Source: a virus
Length of the DNA stretch: 64,000 bases
Virus record (IMG/VR): IMGVR_UViG_3300025840_000015
Span: 1 to 64,000 of that record
Strand: one strand, 5' to 3'
Shown here: positions 29,301-41,200 of the stretch, piece by piece
Layout of the letters: every line of letters begins with the position of its first letter
How positions within the stretch are numbered: position 1 is the stretch's first letter
Made by a program: the position numbers and the translations under genes
The notes under the pieces: model-generated
The model's input: the letters and a program-made list of their open reading frames with translations, nothing else
Databases searched by the model: none
What the model was told of the DNA's origin: nothing

Positions 29301-32300
29301 ACTTCATATACAGTTGCTGGACTATTAAATGAACCAGTTTTATGATTTGGAGCTGCTACTCTAAAAGAAATAATTTGATTATTTTGTTTATCATATCCAA
29401 TAACAGTCTCACCAATTATATAATCTTTACTTGATCCATATTCTTGCAATGAACTATCTGAAGCAATTTCAATAAACTTTGGAATAAAGTCTACAGCACT
29501 GTTCCCGTCTAAGAATTGGTAATATCTAGTATATGGTTTTGTATTTGTTACATTAAAGGTAACATTCCTCGATCTCATATACTCTTCAGCATATGTGTCT
29601 ACAAGGTCAGTTCTACTTGAAGAGCTGAAAGAAGTGCTAGTTGATGTGGAAGTTGAAGTGCTACTTACTTGACCAGTAATAACTTCTAATCTTTCTCCTT
29701 GGGCAATATCCCAGTTTGCAATTTCAGTTACAATATCTCTACCTTGAACAGTTTGAGATGATGAAGAACTACTTGAATTTCTGATGTTAATGACAACATC
29801 TTCCAATTGAATAGTTCTTGTCCAATTATCTCTACTTGGGGATAATGTAACTAGTCCCCTATAAGTTACTACATGGAATGGATTTACATTTTCAACTTGA
29901 GTAGCTAAAGTCTGTTCTACCCATAATTCTGGTTCATAATCCAATAAGACACATGGACCTCTCTTTACAGCTTTAGTATCAATCAATTCATAATCGGTAG
30001 ATAAATCAATTTGACTATCTCCAACATTTAATTTTGGTGCTAGGAAATTCTTAAGACTATTTTTTGCAGATAGGGGAGTTAGTCCACCAAGATTATTACT
30101 TATTTCAGAAAAAGTATATAAAAGATCTGCTCTATCCAAATCTTTAAATGCATCTGCAAAAAATCCGGTCTTAAACCTATTAAATCCTTCAGCATCTTGT
30201 ATTTGAAGATTTTGAGTATTTAACTCCAAAAGTGATAAAGAAGTTACTCTTTCAAGATTTTCTAATCTATTTTCAATGACACCAATGTCTCTCATTGTAT
30301 ATCTTCGATTATCTTTAATCGTTATCAATGCATTTTTAATATCATATAGATATGGTGGAACTTCAACAGTTGCTAATTCCATTATATCATCTTTCTTTAC
30401 AGGAGATTTTGGATCTGAAGCAGATTGACCCTCAAGATAAATAAAGTTTCCATTTTTATCCAAATATACTTTGTCAATTCTTCCAAGATATCTGTCATAT
30501 GATAATAAAGCTCCTTCATTTGGAGATATATTTAAATCAATTTTAGTGCTAAAATCTCTATTTGTGTAGTAAAATGGTGATACGTTTGTTTGACTAAATC
30601 CTTCTGTTACTCTAGGTCTGAAATCCAGAACATCAGATGCTCTTATAGTTCCAGAATTCAGTAGTGGTATATTTTTATATTGGTCACTAGGATATGATAA
30701 AACCGAAATAATATCGCCAGTATCATTATTTGGAACAGAAAAATAATCAAATACTATTAGAAGTTTTTTGGATGGTTCTTCTTTAGATAGAACTCTTACT
30801 ATTCTAGAGTAATCATAATATTGTTCTCTTTGACCTTTATCTAATCTATAAGAATTTGTTAAATTCAAATAACTTCCATCAATTATTTCTCCAATTTCAC
30901 TAGATAATCCAGTTTCACTAAATGTTACTACTTCACTTTCTATAAATCTATTATTATTTAAATAAACAATCTCGACAGTCTCTGCAGATTTTGAAACTAC
31001 TCTTGCTATACATCTGCTAGAGTTTCCAATAACATTTTCACCAACAATAACATTTTCCTCAACATTTAATACAGAACTAAATGTCAATTTGTCTAAAACT
31101 GGAGCATTGGTATCTAAAGATTCATATACTGCCCACACTTTAACTACATCTGGATAATTCAGGCAAATTTCTTCATCTTGAACTCTTAAACCATAATATT
31201 GATTATATGCCAATCCGTCATTAATTGTTGTAGATGGGTCACTTCCAGACTCTTTATATTTTGATAATGTAATATTTGTTACTTGACTGCGAACTAATGT
31301 TTTTGATTTATTGGTTATATTTTGTCTACTAAAAGTTGCAATAATAACATCTGTTACTTTATTGGTATCATCGAAATTAGAAAATGTTACTTGATTTCCC
31401 GAAACTGTAACTTTAGTAGAATCTAAAGGCTCTATAGTTCCATCTGTATAATGAATGGAATATCTCTCTTCATCATATGGTAAGAAATTTGATGTATTTG
31501 GAACGTCAAAATCAGATACTGAAATTACAATAGGACTACCAGCTGATCTAGTTATATTAGTTTGAGCACTAAATGTTAAAGATACAGAACTTAAATCTAT
31601 AGAAGAAATTACTCTATCTGGAAGAGATTCATATAAACCTGTAGAATTAGTATTTACTACTCTTGGTGATCCTATAGAGAATGAAGATGCGGTGAAACTT
31701 CCTTGGACAGTTCCTTCACATACTCCAGCAACACTTAAAACTGATTCTAGTGTTAATGAAGAAGCATTTACTCCAGTAATAACATTATAAACTTCATCTG
31801 AAAAATCTGGATGCTGATATCTTACAATATCTCCAACATTAACTGTAGAAAATGAATTTCCAGGAGATGTTGCTTCACCAGTAGGTCCTATTACTAAAGT
31901 GTCTGAAGCATTAAATCCTACTGGGGTTACATTTTGTAAAACAGTGTCGCAAAGAAATGCATTTTGATATGAAGTATTTGCTACATCTTGATATACTTGC
32001 TTAATATCAGAAATACTATATGAAACTGCTGTGGAAATAATATAATTTGTTTCAAAACCATTAATTATTAACTTTTCACCAGAAGAAAATTTTCCAGAAG
32101 TTTGCGATAGTAATATAGTAGATGATCCTCCACCAGAAGTAACTGCATATCCAGTTGCACTACTATCTGCTCCTTTTACAAATGAAGATTCTGGCAATTC
32201 AGCATTAGATATTGTTCCACTAGTCAACGTTATCTTAGTGTATGTCTGAATATCATAAAGATAAAGATCCCAACTAGATTCTGGTCCAGTATATTTTGCA

Positions 32301-33634
32301 TCTGTCAATGAAAAACTATAAATTTTAGCTTCTCCAATTTTACTGGTAGTAAATGGATTGCCAGCAGTTCTTCTTGCATTATGCAACTCTACAATATAAT
32401 TTAATCTTGGTGCTCCATAAACATTATTTACTCTAATTAAATTTCCAAAATCAAAAGTAACTATTTGAGATTCTACTTTTTGCGTTTTTCTTGGTTTATT
32501 GGCATCAATTATTGTAGTGACTGGTTTGTCAATATCAAATCCTCTTACATATGCCTTTCCTGGTGATAATTTTAGGCACATTAAATCATCTGAAGGTATA
32601 TTACCCTCATCGGTAAATTCATTTTGGAAAAATAATCCTTCACTATCAATATTATTATTTAAAGAGTTGTGTAGTGATAATTTGAATGGTGCTACAGAAT
32701 AATTTCCAGATTCTTCAAATGTTCTTTTTGCCAGATAGTCTCTAATTAATGAATATTGGTTCTTTACTGTAATTTTCTTTATATCTCCACCATCTATTCT
32801 GAGAATTTCTATAAAATCGACATCAGATTCTACTGTTCCTAATTCTTTCTTATCTAAAGTTAATGTCAATTTAAATCTATCTGATCCTGGTGCTGAATAA
32901 TTATTAAATCCTTTAGCATTATCATACAATTGATTATCATCTTTAGCACTTACAATTTCTTCAGATACTTGAAGACCAACCCTGTATGATGGAGTATTTG
33001 TATAATAATCTAAAATTAAAGTTTGTTTATATACCTTTGCAAATGTCCCTCGTATGAAGTATATTCCATCAGTTATTGATACTGCAGACCCAATAGCGGT
33101 AGCGTCTACTTCCAATAAAGTTGCAAATGGAGTATCTTCATTAATTACAGTATTTTCACTATAAGTAATTGCTACGTTTGATATTAACGATTCTCCATCT
33201 TCAAAAGAACTAATAACATTATCATTATTAGCATCAAGATATTTTACATATAGTGTAATATAATCTAAATTGTTGGTTTCATTTGGAAATTCTATTCTCT
33301 GAACTATTGCAGTTACTCCAGAGGTTTCCCCTTCAATTTGCTTTCCTATATATTGCTCAATATATGATCGAATATCAATATTCGAGTATGTTTGATTTAA
33401 TTTAACAGCAAAATATTGAGGATCATATGTAACACTTCCAGGTATTACTAATGAACCCTCTTTAAATATATGACTTCCAAAGGATTCAATTTGATTTTGT
33501 AGTATTGACTGGAGATTATTTAATTCTCTAGACTGAATGGGAGTCCCAGGCTTAAATAATACTTTATAATAATTATCTTCAGCATCGAAATCATCAAAAT
33601 AAGGACTTACATTTAAATTAGTTTTTTGTGCCAT
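26351..33634 (-). CDS. Large virion structural protein (VrlC / DUF4815-like)
   Basis: 2427 aa. TNLNVSPYFDDFD, QSRELNNLQSILQNQIE, RTFEESGNY, RRYTMRDIG, DPLAQSF. Confidence 0.88.
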   Translation of the reverse strand: MAQKTNLNVSPYFDDFDAEDNYYKVLFKPGTPIQSRELNNLQSILQNQIESFGSHIFKEGSLVIPGSVTYDPQYFAVKLNQTYSNIDIRSYIEQYIGKQIEGETSGVTAIVQRIEFPNETNNLDYITLYVKYLDANNDNVISSFEDGESLISNVAITYSENTVINEDTPFATLLEVDATAIGSAVSITDGIYFIRGTFAKVYKQTLILDYYTNTPSYRVGLQVSEEIVSAKDDNQLYDNAKGFNNYSAPGSDRFKLTLTLDKKELGTVESDVDFIEILRIDGGDIKKITVKNQYSLIRDYLAKRTFEESGNYSVAPFKLSLHNSLNNNIDSEGLFFQNEFTDEGNIPSDDLMCLKLSPGKAYVRGFDIDKPVTTIIDANKPRKTQKVESQIVTFDFGNLIRVNNVYGAPRLNYIVELHNARRTAGNPFTTSKIGEAKIYSFSLTDAKYTGPESSWDLYLYDIQTYTKITLTSGTISNAELPESSFVKGADSSATGYAVTSGGGSSTILLSQTSGKFSSGEKLIINGFETNYIISTAVSYSISDIKQVYQDVANTSYQNAFLCDTVLQNVTPVGFNASDTLVIGPTGEATSPGNSFSTVNVGDIVRYQHPDFSDEVYNVITGVNASSLTLESVLSVAGVCEGTVQGSFTASSFSIGSPRVVNTNSTGLYESLPDRVISSIDLSSVSLTFSAQTNITRSAGSPIVISVSDFDVPNTSNFLPYDEERYSIHYTDGTIEPLDSTKVTVSGNQVTFSNFDDTNKVTDVIIATFSRQNITNKSKTLVRSQVTNITLSKYKESGSDPSTTINDGLAYNQYYGLRVQDEEICLNYPDVVKVWAVYESLDTNAPVLDKLTFSSVLNVEENVIVGENVIGNSSRCIARVVSKSAETVEIVYLNNNRFIESEVVTFSETGLSSEIGEIIDGSYLNLTNSYRLDKGQREQYYDYSRIVRVLSKEEPSKKLLIVFDYFSVPNNDTGDIISVLSYPSDQYKNIPLLNSGTIRASDVLDFRPRVTEGFSQTNVSPFYYTNRDFSTKIDLNISPNEGALLSYDRYLGRIDKVYLDKNGNFIYLEGQSASDPKSPVKKDDIMELATVEVPPYLYDIKNALITIKDNRRYTMRDIGVIENRLENLERVTSLSLLELNTQNLQIQDAEGFNRFKTGFFADAFKDLDRADLLYTFSEISNNLGGLTPLSAKNSLKNFLAPKLNVGDSQIDLSTDYELIDTKAVKRGPCVLLDYEPELWVEQTLATQVENVNPFHVVTYRGLVTLSPSRDNWTRTIQLEDVVINIRNSSSSSSSQTVQGRDIVTEIANWDIAQGERLEVITGQVSSTSTSTSTSTSFSSSSRTDLVDTYAEEYMRSRNVTFNVTNTKPYTRYYQFLDGNSAVDFIPKFIEIASDSSLQEYGSSKDYIIGETVIGYDKQNNQIISFRVAAPNHKTGSFNSPATVYEVNPYIRSELLPDDYTNTSKVINVDLLALSEEAQGLYSGYVNVGTKLIGQTSGAVSYVKDLKLVSDNFGDLAGSFFLKDPNTVPAPSVRINTGTKTFRITSSQNNTPIIPGSTQISAAEAQYLSEGTVEEYQTTITNVTTVTTVVTTTTTVQNTVDAYFDPLAQSFSVGGSGTTNNDEEGSFLCEFDLFFANKDSGSNPITVQIRTVELGTPTRVVIGPPVVLKPSDIATSTAGDVATRVKLPYPIYLAPNQEYAIVLLAPESTEYEVFIAEMGKAVLKPSTLPNSETQFYTQQFAMGSLFLSQNGSIWTPNQFQDLKFRLYRCKFKNSAANAYFFNPTLDRSNGYVRRLTENPVTTIPRRISVTFDDLSISTLGYDIDSIIGVKISETEKDQNYGSVVSVGASVVSLAVLDGGSGYSDGFNFATSSVGSNAFGLECDIVTSDGAIISATPSPFNLGSGYIEGSIIEVDTANGRGGRLIVTTDPTIINTLYLGGVQGESFTVDGTNNLVVYDSGGNRNTFTPPVLITNSNTVSEIFSGKYMAVNHFNHGMYASNNKIKLSGILPSDISYTITQAVSSSDSTISVSDIDKFSTFEGVPVSSENPGYAIIQNEIIKYESTSTGVLDIVSRGQDSTLTLDYPSGTPIRKYELQGVSLRRINTTHTISDYDIGIDRYFIEIDRTANGPDRSIDNTTLNYPLLSFSSQLSCGGPNVFASENIQYNAIVPYFNIVSPTNSTKVTGRIRSVSGTSANGTEVSFEDLGFEDVILNNLNTFDKTRIVCSKVNEDNFLSGLPRNKSYTSALTLETSNQYLSPIVFLDNCFTEFRSYRVNSPITDYSTDLRVNTFDRDPHAATYVTRDILLKNPATSLKVIISAYRHSSADFRVLYSLIRPDSSEVLQNYELFPGYDNLTSDSDGDGYLDVVDPSRNSGLPDLFVRPSKSNEFFDYEFSVGNLPQFIGFKIKVVMSSTNQAYPIVLRDVRALAVR

Positions 33635-33637
33635 TGG

Positions 33638-35209
33638 TTAAAATTCGAGAATGATTTTGATGTCTTCTTTTTGTCTTTCATTTCTATAGACTAGAGGTCT
33701 ATTGTCAATATATAAAATATCCCCCGTTCTTTTATTTATCTCTGAAGAAGCAAGTCCTTCAGTAAAATTGACTCCCAGATTTACAATTGAATTTTGGATG
33801 TTTGTAGTTATTCCAGAGAAATTTAAAATACTTCCAGAAAAACCACTAGATTCTCCAATTACGTTTAATCCTGCATTGGTAAAATCTATATTTCTCCCAT
33901 CAACAGAAACACCAATATAATCAGTTTCATCATTAGAATCACCATTATAAAGAGATCTATCAGTAAAATACTTTAAAACCTTAGTATCGTCATCATAAGA
34001 TGCTACATATCCAACTGCAGTCCCAACTCCAGTAATTGTTTGTTTAATTTTTTCTCCAACTGTTGGAGAAAATTCATTTACGCTATCAAAAATAATTGAT
34101 TGTAAATTTGAAAATTCTCCACCATAATAAATTTGATCCGATGCATATTCTTTTGGATTTTTTACAATACCAATTTGACAAAATCTAGAATTTACTGGAA
34201 AATCTCTAGTTGAAGAATCAAATCTAGTATATAATAATACCTTATCTGCACCCAATTCGGTGTAAATATCATACCCATGACCTTTTGATGGTGGGATAAT
34301 TGGAATTAATTTTGCTGGATTGGATATATTTCCAATTGGTTGTAAATTTCCTAAGTCAACAATACCATATGAATATCCAGAACCTCCGGAAGTTACGGTA
34401 GTATTAATTATTTCTCCTGCGGAATTTGTTTCTATTGAAACTTTAGCTCCAGAACCATCACCTAAGATTGAAACTTCACCTGAAGTATATCCTGAACCAC
34501 TTTCAGCAATAAAAACAGTTTTAATCTGATTTTCATTTAAATCAGAATTGCCATATTCTCTTACACTTACAATATTTGAGTCAGTTGATGTTGACCAGTC
34601 GTTTGGTAATGGTATATATTCTGTAGAATCAAATTTTATAATATCTGAAGGTGAAATAGTAAACAAATATTTCCACACATATCCATCTGAACCATTTCCT
34701 GCAGCAGATGGTTCTAAATCAGTAAATTTTGGTTCATATTGAGATTGATTTGCCTGATTATTTCCTGCACCACTTCCATTTTTTATGCAAATATACACAT
34801 TATATTCACTATTAATTACATAAAATTCAGAATCGAATAATCTTGGTCTTTTTGATACTGTAGTTAGATTTGAAAAACTATAATCATGTCTATACATATC
34901 ATATTTTTTACCTCTAACCCAATCAACTCTCTTCACAACTCTTCTTACACTAGAAGAAGTTACTCTTTTTCCAAAAAGTAGAGTATCTTTATATTGATTC
35001 AAATAGCTAAGATTATCAACTGGATTTGGGACAAAACCTTCAGAAACACCTGGAGATCCCTGCCAGTTTTCATTTCTAGCAAATCCAGTATAAACACTTG
35101 GATTTGGCAATCCAACCCAGATATAATAAGAATTTGTAGAATCTTTTATAGATTCTACAAAATTCGAAGAATTTTCAATTCTAAATTGATCTGTTACAAG
35201 TGCGGACAT
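33638..35209 (-). CDS. gp8: Baseplate wedge subunit
   Basis: YDMYRHDY, VYICI, DGYVWKYLFTI, RQKEDIKIILEF. Confidence 0.92.
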   Translation of the reverse strand: MSALVTDQFRIENSSNFVESIKDSTNSYYIWVGLPNPSVYTGFARNENWQGSPGVSEGFVPNPVDNLSYLNQYKDTLLFGKRVTSSSVRRVVKRVDWVRGKKYDMYRHDYSFSNLTTVSKRPRLFDSEFYVINSEYNVYICIKNGSGAGNNQANQSQYEPKFTDLEPSAAGNGSDGYVWKYLFTISPSDIIKFDSTEYIPLPNDWSTSTDSNIVSVREYGNSDLNENQIKTVFIAESGSGYTSGEVSILGDGSGAKVSIETNSAGEIINTTVTSGGSGYSYGIVDLGNLQPIGNISNPAKLIPIIPPSKGHGYDIYTELGADKVLLYTRFDSSTRDFPVNSRFCQIGIVKNPKEYASDQIYYGGEFSNLQSIIFDSVNEFSPTVGEKIKQTITGVGTAVGYVASYDDDTKVLKYFTDRSLYNGDSNDETDYIGVSVDGRNIDFTNAGLNVIGESSGFSGSILNFSGITTNIQNSIVNLGVNFTEGLASSEINKRTGDILYIDNRPLVYRNERQKEDIKIILEF

Positions 35210-35228
35210 CTATATAACTTTTTTCTTA

Positions 35229-35236
35229 TATTTATA
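35229..35236 (-). promoter_or_regulatory. T4-type late promoter
   Basis: TATAAATA upstream of gp8. Confidence 0.75.
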
Positions 35237-38200
35237 CTATTAGAGCACCACTATCTCTGAATCCAAAGTTTCTTCTCTGAATGATGGGATATGTTGATAA
35301 TCCAGAATTATATGAATCAGATGTCATACCAACACTAGAAGTATATCCCATTATATCAATATCTAGTGGATCAACAGATCTTCTCTGGAATCCAGAAAGT
35401 CTTCCCCAAGAAAGTTTTCCTACAGGATAATTTAATGTTCCTGAAGTTGTTATTCCAGAAAGATTTGATCCGGAATCGACATTGCATACTATAGTTCCAG
35501 TTGAAGAATTGAAAGATGCAACTTGATAAATGTTATTGACAAATGATGTGGATATTGATAAAGTATTTGATCCAGAATTATCTAAGGAAATGACTCCCTG
35601 TCCAACATTAGTCTCAGTAATATAAAATACTGTTCCAACAGTAAAATTAGTGAACGTGAATGGGTCTCTACTAATTACAAATTCAATTCCATCAGCAGCA
35701 CCAATTCCAGAAGTTGGAGATATGCTAGTTACACTAGCATTAAATCCTTCTAGATTATTTACGCCAGAAATTAATTCATAATTTTTTGATGGTATAGTTG
35801 TTCCAACTCCAACAGCGTTTGTAAATACAAGAGCATCAAAATTAATTATAGTTTCATCCTCATAATCAAATAAACTAATATCATCAACATATATTTCTGT
35901 TGAATTTGCATCAAAATTACTTATAATATTGGCAGTTGGATATACTTGAGATGATTTTAATCTTCTTGCTTTTGATAATTCCTCATTATTAAGTATTAAG
36001 TCAGATTTTTGTTTTGTCCAATGCAATGGCTTATAATTTTGATCATCTATACCAACATACTGATATATATTTGTCTGGAAAACATCAGAGCTTGTTATGG
36101 AATAAACAATTCTTTCATCTTGAGTTTTTGTATTTTCAATTTCATTGTTTAATACAATTTGAACAGTATCTCCAATTTGTATAGTTTCATCAATATCAAA
36201 TTGAAGACTATCTTCACCTCTAGTTCCTCTATAGAAGAAGACCTTAACGTCATCAGATTCTTTTGGCGGGAAAGTAAATGTGAATGTAGATCCACCATTA
36301 AATTGATATGATTTTATTGGTTCTTGTAAAACTCCATTTATAAAGATAACTAAAACATTGTTCAAATCAATCAATTCAGACTCTTCGTCAAGTTCATCAG
36401 TCTCAAAAGTTAAGTTTTCTCCTCTGTAAATTAGTGGGAATCTGACTCTCTTTCCATCTTGATATGGTGCTAAAGAATCTATATAATCAAGTTCCCCAAT
36501 CTGAATAGCACTAAATTCATCAGAAAATGTATCTACCACAGTAATTTCAAAATCATATATTGGAGCAGATAGATTTCTATCAGTAACTAGACCAATTGGT
36601 TTAAATACATCGCCTCTTCTAAAACCATAACCATTTCTAACAATATTAAATCCTTTAACTTCGTAAAGAGTAGAACCAATACCAACAGAATCACTTGGTC
36701 CTACATCTAAAGTTATAAGAGCACCAAATCCAGAGTCTGTTGTAGGTCCCTCTGATAGTCTAGAAACACCAATTATAGAGAGATTGCTATAAGATGGTGA
36801 TCCAACATTTATAAATGGATTTACATAACCTGTTCCACCGAAGACAACATCAAATGCCAGTGTTCCACCAGCACCAACAATTGCATTAATAATAGCATCA
36901 TCACCATTATGATCAGGATCGATAATTTCTACTGAAGGAATTTCATAATAACCAGAACCAATCTCATCAGATGGTTGTTCTCCTACAGAGATTATTGAAC
37001 CAGAATTTAAAACTGCTGTTACTGATGCTCCAACTAGAGGTGCAAAACCAAGTCCTGCAGTTGATCCATATGATACAATAACACCTCCTCTTGGAAGTTT
37101 ATTCTGATTTATATCAATTTCAGATAAGAAATCATTTTCTTCAAATGTTATTCCAGTGAAGGTGATACTAGATATTCCAAGATTGAGATCTTCCTCAATA
37201 ATATAATTATTATCGGAATTATTTTCAGTAGTTGGTGATTGGAAGACACCATTAATGAATACTAGTCCATTACCACCACTAGTTCCTAAACCTACAGTGT
37301 TTATTCCTTGAGCAGTTAATGTGAATGTTTGTCCAATTCCAGTAAATTGATCTGAAATGTCATCATATACTTCATTACTTTCATAACTCTTTCTCAAGAA
37401 TACTCTACCATTAAAACTATCTCGATCTATAGATAGATTACTTTCACTAGCACGAACTAAATCTAAATTATTTCCTTTTGGTGGATCAATGAAGTATATT
37501 TTATTTCCATTGATATTATATGCACCCCTATAGATTTGACAATTAGTTCCATCTAGATGAGATAACGCCTTAGATCCAAAAGATCCTCTAGAAACTTCAA
37601 CTAAAGGTTCATTTCCGGAGAATGTTATGGGACCTACACTTTCAGTTCCATATCCAACATTTTCAACTATTGCATATTCATCTTCAATCCTCAATACATC
37701 TTTAGGTCTAATTGAACTTATTCCACTAAGAGCAAAAGTAGTGGCACCAGCAGAAATTTGACCAGAATTGTTTGCAAGAACATGACTAATGTAGGTATAT
37801 GAAATTGGACTTTGAACTAAATTATTAATTGAAATTAAAGATTTTTCATTTTTCTTTACCATCTCAATTTGATGATAATTACCAATTCCAACAGAAGTAA
37901 ATGTAACACCATATCCGGCAGTAGCATATTCCTTTCTAGTTGCTACTCTAAATGTATCATTATCATCTCTAATAGCATATAATGTAGATGGTAGAAGATC
38001 AGTTAATACTCCAACATTATCCTCAGTTTCAACTATTCCTATAGGAGAACTTCCAATTCCTACAAACGTTGATCCTGGAGTATATTTTAATTCTTCCCCA
38101 GTATTAAATAAATGATCTTTAATATTGAATGAATTAGTAGAAAAATCTACTACACTAGTATTTGATGGATCAAAAGATTTTGCAAATATTGGAGAACCTT

Positions 38201-41200
38201 TATAATTCATTTCAAAATCAACTTTATATCCCAAATCTACATTGTTTCCATAATAATTTGCTAAACTTAGAGATTCATTAACTGGGGAATAATTCAAATC
38301 TAATGGTTGATTAATTTCATCGTAATCTTTATAGAAGCATTGATTAAAGGAAATAATTTCAACATCATCTGGGTATGAATAAGGTTTAAACGATAATTTA
38401 AACTGTCCAAGAGAAAAATCTCCAATAAATGTTCCTACACCAACTTCACTTCTAGCAGATAAGAATGGATATTCGGAAACATATACGTCAGAACCATCAA
38501 ATAATGAAATAACTTGATGGACTGAGCTAGTTTGACCAGTGCTTACCTTGACAGTTGATTTGACCGCAGAGAATAAATTAGAATCTATAGAGAATACTTC
38601 TCCAGTTCCTGATGTTATTGTATCAAATTGAGATTGATATAGAGCAGTTCTTTCGGATCCATCTGGTTGATTTTCTGAAAGGAATCTGTATGTCCCAATT
38701 CCCAAAGATGTAGATCCAAATGCAACACTTCTACTTCTAATAGTTAAGTTTTCCTCAGTGTTACTTGTATAATTTAATGATAACTCTCCGCCATCTAAAG
38801 ATGGTTCAAATTGCCCTAGTGAAGAGAAACTAAATCCATCTTCAGAATCAAAATAATATTGATTTATAAAAGTATCATTTCCATCATGTGAAACATAAAT
38901 TTCAACATAATTCATCTTAGATTTGTCATCATTCAATATTTGAATACTAGAATGGACAGCAGAGTAATCGTTAGTGTCTAAATTATAGACACTAGTAGAT
39001 ATGCCAGATTCTGCCTCCACATTGCTAGACAGTAATGAAATGCAACCTAATTCATTTGAATTTGATCCTACAAAATCATTAATAAATGTTTCCTTCAATA
39101 TTTTGAACGATATTGCAGAATTATCAGGATCTACTGGAAATGCATCAAGTATATAATTAAAGTTCACATCATATGATGGAATAATACTTTCTAATATATT
39201 TTCTCCGTTTGAAATTTGAGTTTTAAATAGAGAATATACACTTTCATCATCATTAAGTGAAATTATTTCATTAAATTGAATTTTTCCACTGATAATATCT
39301 TTGGAAAGTATTAAAAATTTATTATAATAATTTGAAGAATTTATTGATATAATTGTTTCATTTTCTTTTCTTTTATCATTTTTGCTTGAAAAATCATCAC
39401 TTATATCATCAATATCCAAAACTCTATTAGATTTGCAAAGAACAAAATCTAGCAAATATGTATTATTAAGTTTTACTGATCTAGAAACATCACTAGATCC
39501 ATTTTTAGTAACGTTTACATCTATTGCCAAATCAAAATCATTAATTCTATCAACTCTAAGCTCCGAGAAGAAACTATTTTTCAGTTCAAATTCAGTTTTT
39601 GACTCAGTAGATATTCCAGAATCTGCTTTACCAGTTATTTGAACATCTGCAAAATCTTTTAATCCACTTATATGGACTAATGGATTAATTACTGAAGATA
39701 TTTCATCCCATGTCTTGGTGCTCTTCACAGAATAAGACATTTTCTGATAATAATCATTATCAGAAAATACTTGGAAACTTTCACTTAATTTTCCAGTATT
39801 AAATGTCCACCCAAGATCTTTAACTATGGTCCAGGAAGAATTGTATACAGCATCACTAGATTTTATGTATGAAACTGTCCCTACACTTGAAGTATTTTCT
39901 CCCTTTAATATATCACCAATTTTTGGAGTAAAATTGCCCAATACTCTAATATTGGAAGTATTTGCCTTTGTAACTTTCAGTCCCGAATTTTCAAATCCAT
40001 TTCCACGATTTATAAGTAGATTTTCACCTTCAAAGAAAGATGAAAGAGATTTATCTATAGAGAATCTTGGGTAATTATCATATTTGATTATAGATGCAGA
40101 TCCTTCTTGAACTTGTTTAGGTGTTCCTGGATTATTTGAATAATTTGAAATATTAAATTCAACTTTTACTGGATTTGTATCAAAATATTGACTTACAGTA
40201 AAGAAGTTGTATCCATAATTCTCAGAATTGAATCCCGTTCCATCTGAAGATTGCTTTTCAATTCCTTCAACATATATTTTTTCTCCCAACTCAAATAATG
40301 GAGATGAGAATCCTGCAATTGGTGTTGTTATTGTGCAAGTTACTGTTCCAGATGGAGAATATTCTACTCGATCAATATTAACACCATTACTGTTATTAAT
40401 GGATCTAATTAATACTTCTCCATCTGGAAGACCGGCAGGAGATATGTTAATATCTACACTAGATATTGAAGATCCGGACATTATTGGATCTAAAAATCCA
40501 GAGTTTATAACTTCACCATTCTGTGGGTCAACTATTATCAATATTGGAGCAAAACTGTAATCAGATCCTCCATTCAATACACTTACAGAATTTATTTTAT
40601 TGGTATTTGTTAGATATAAAGATTTTGGAACACTAGCTACAGGTCTAATAGTATTATCTGATGAGTAATCAAAACCTTCATTTGTAATTCTGCTACTTAA
40701 TATCTTTCCGATAGATTTTGATGTTGGAACTAAGAATGCCCCTTTACCAAGAGAGCTGCTCACTGATAAGAATGAAGGTAAATTCTTAAGAGGGTAACCT
40801 TGATTAACTACGAATAGTTTTTTAATTGGACCTCTTGCACTTAATGATGTAGTGCTATATTCTAAACGATCACAGTCTGAAGAATTGTATGATAATCTTT
40901 CAGGTATTCTTGGTATACAAATATCAAAAGATTGATCAGTTATACCAATGATTGGAAATTCTCCATTATAAATGCTAGATTTATATGTTATTTGAGAATA
41001 TTGTTTTACATCTTTATCTGTAGTTGATACTGGAATTCCAGATTCTGTCAAATTGTAATACAATATTGCTGGAGTTTTATCAGTGTAATCTAAAATTAAT
41101 GCAGCATCAGTGGAAACACCTACAGTTCCAATTCCAGAAACTGCAAATAATCCATCATCTTTTATTGCATTAAATACATTTTCATATCCATCATCAGTGT

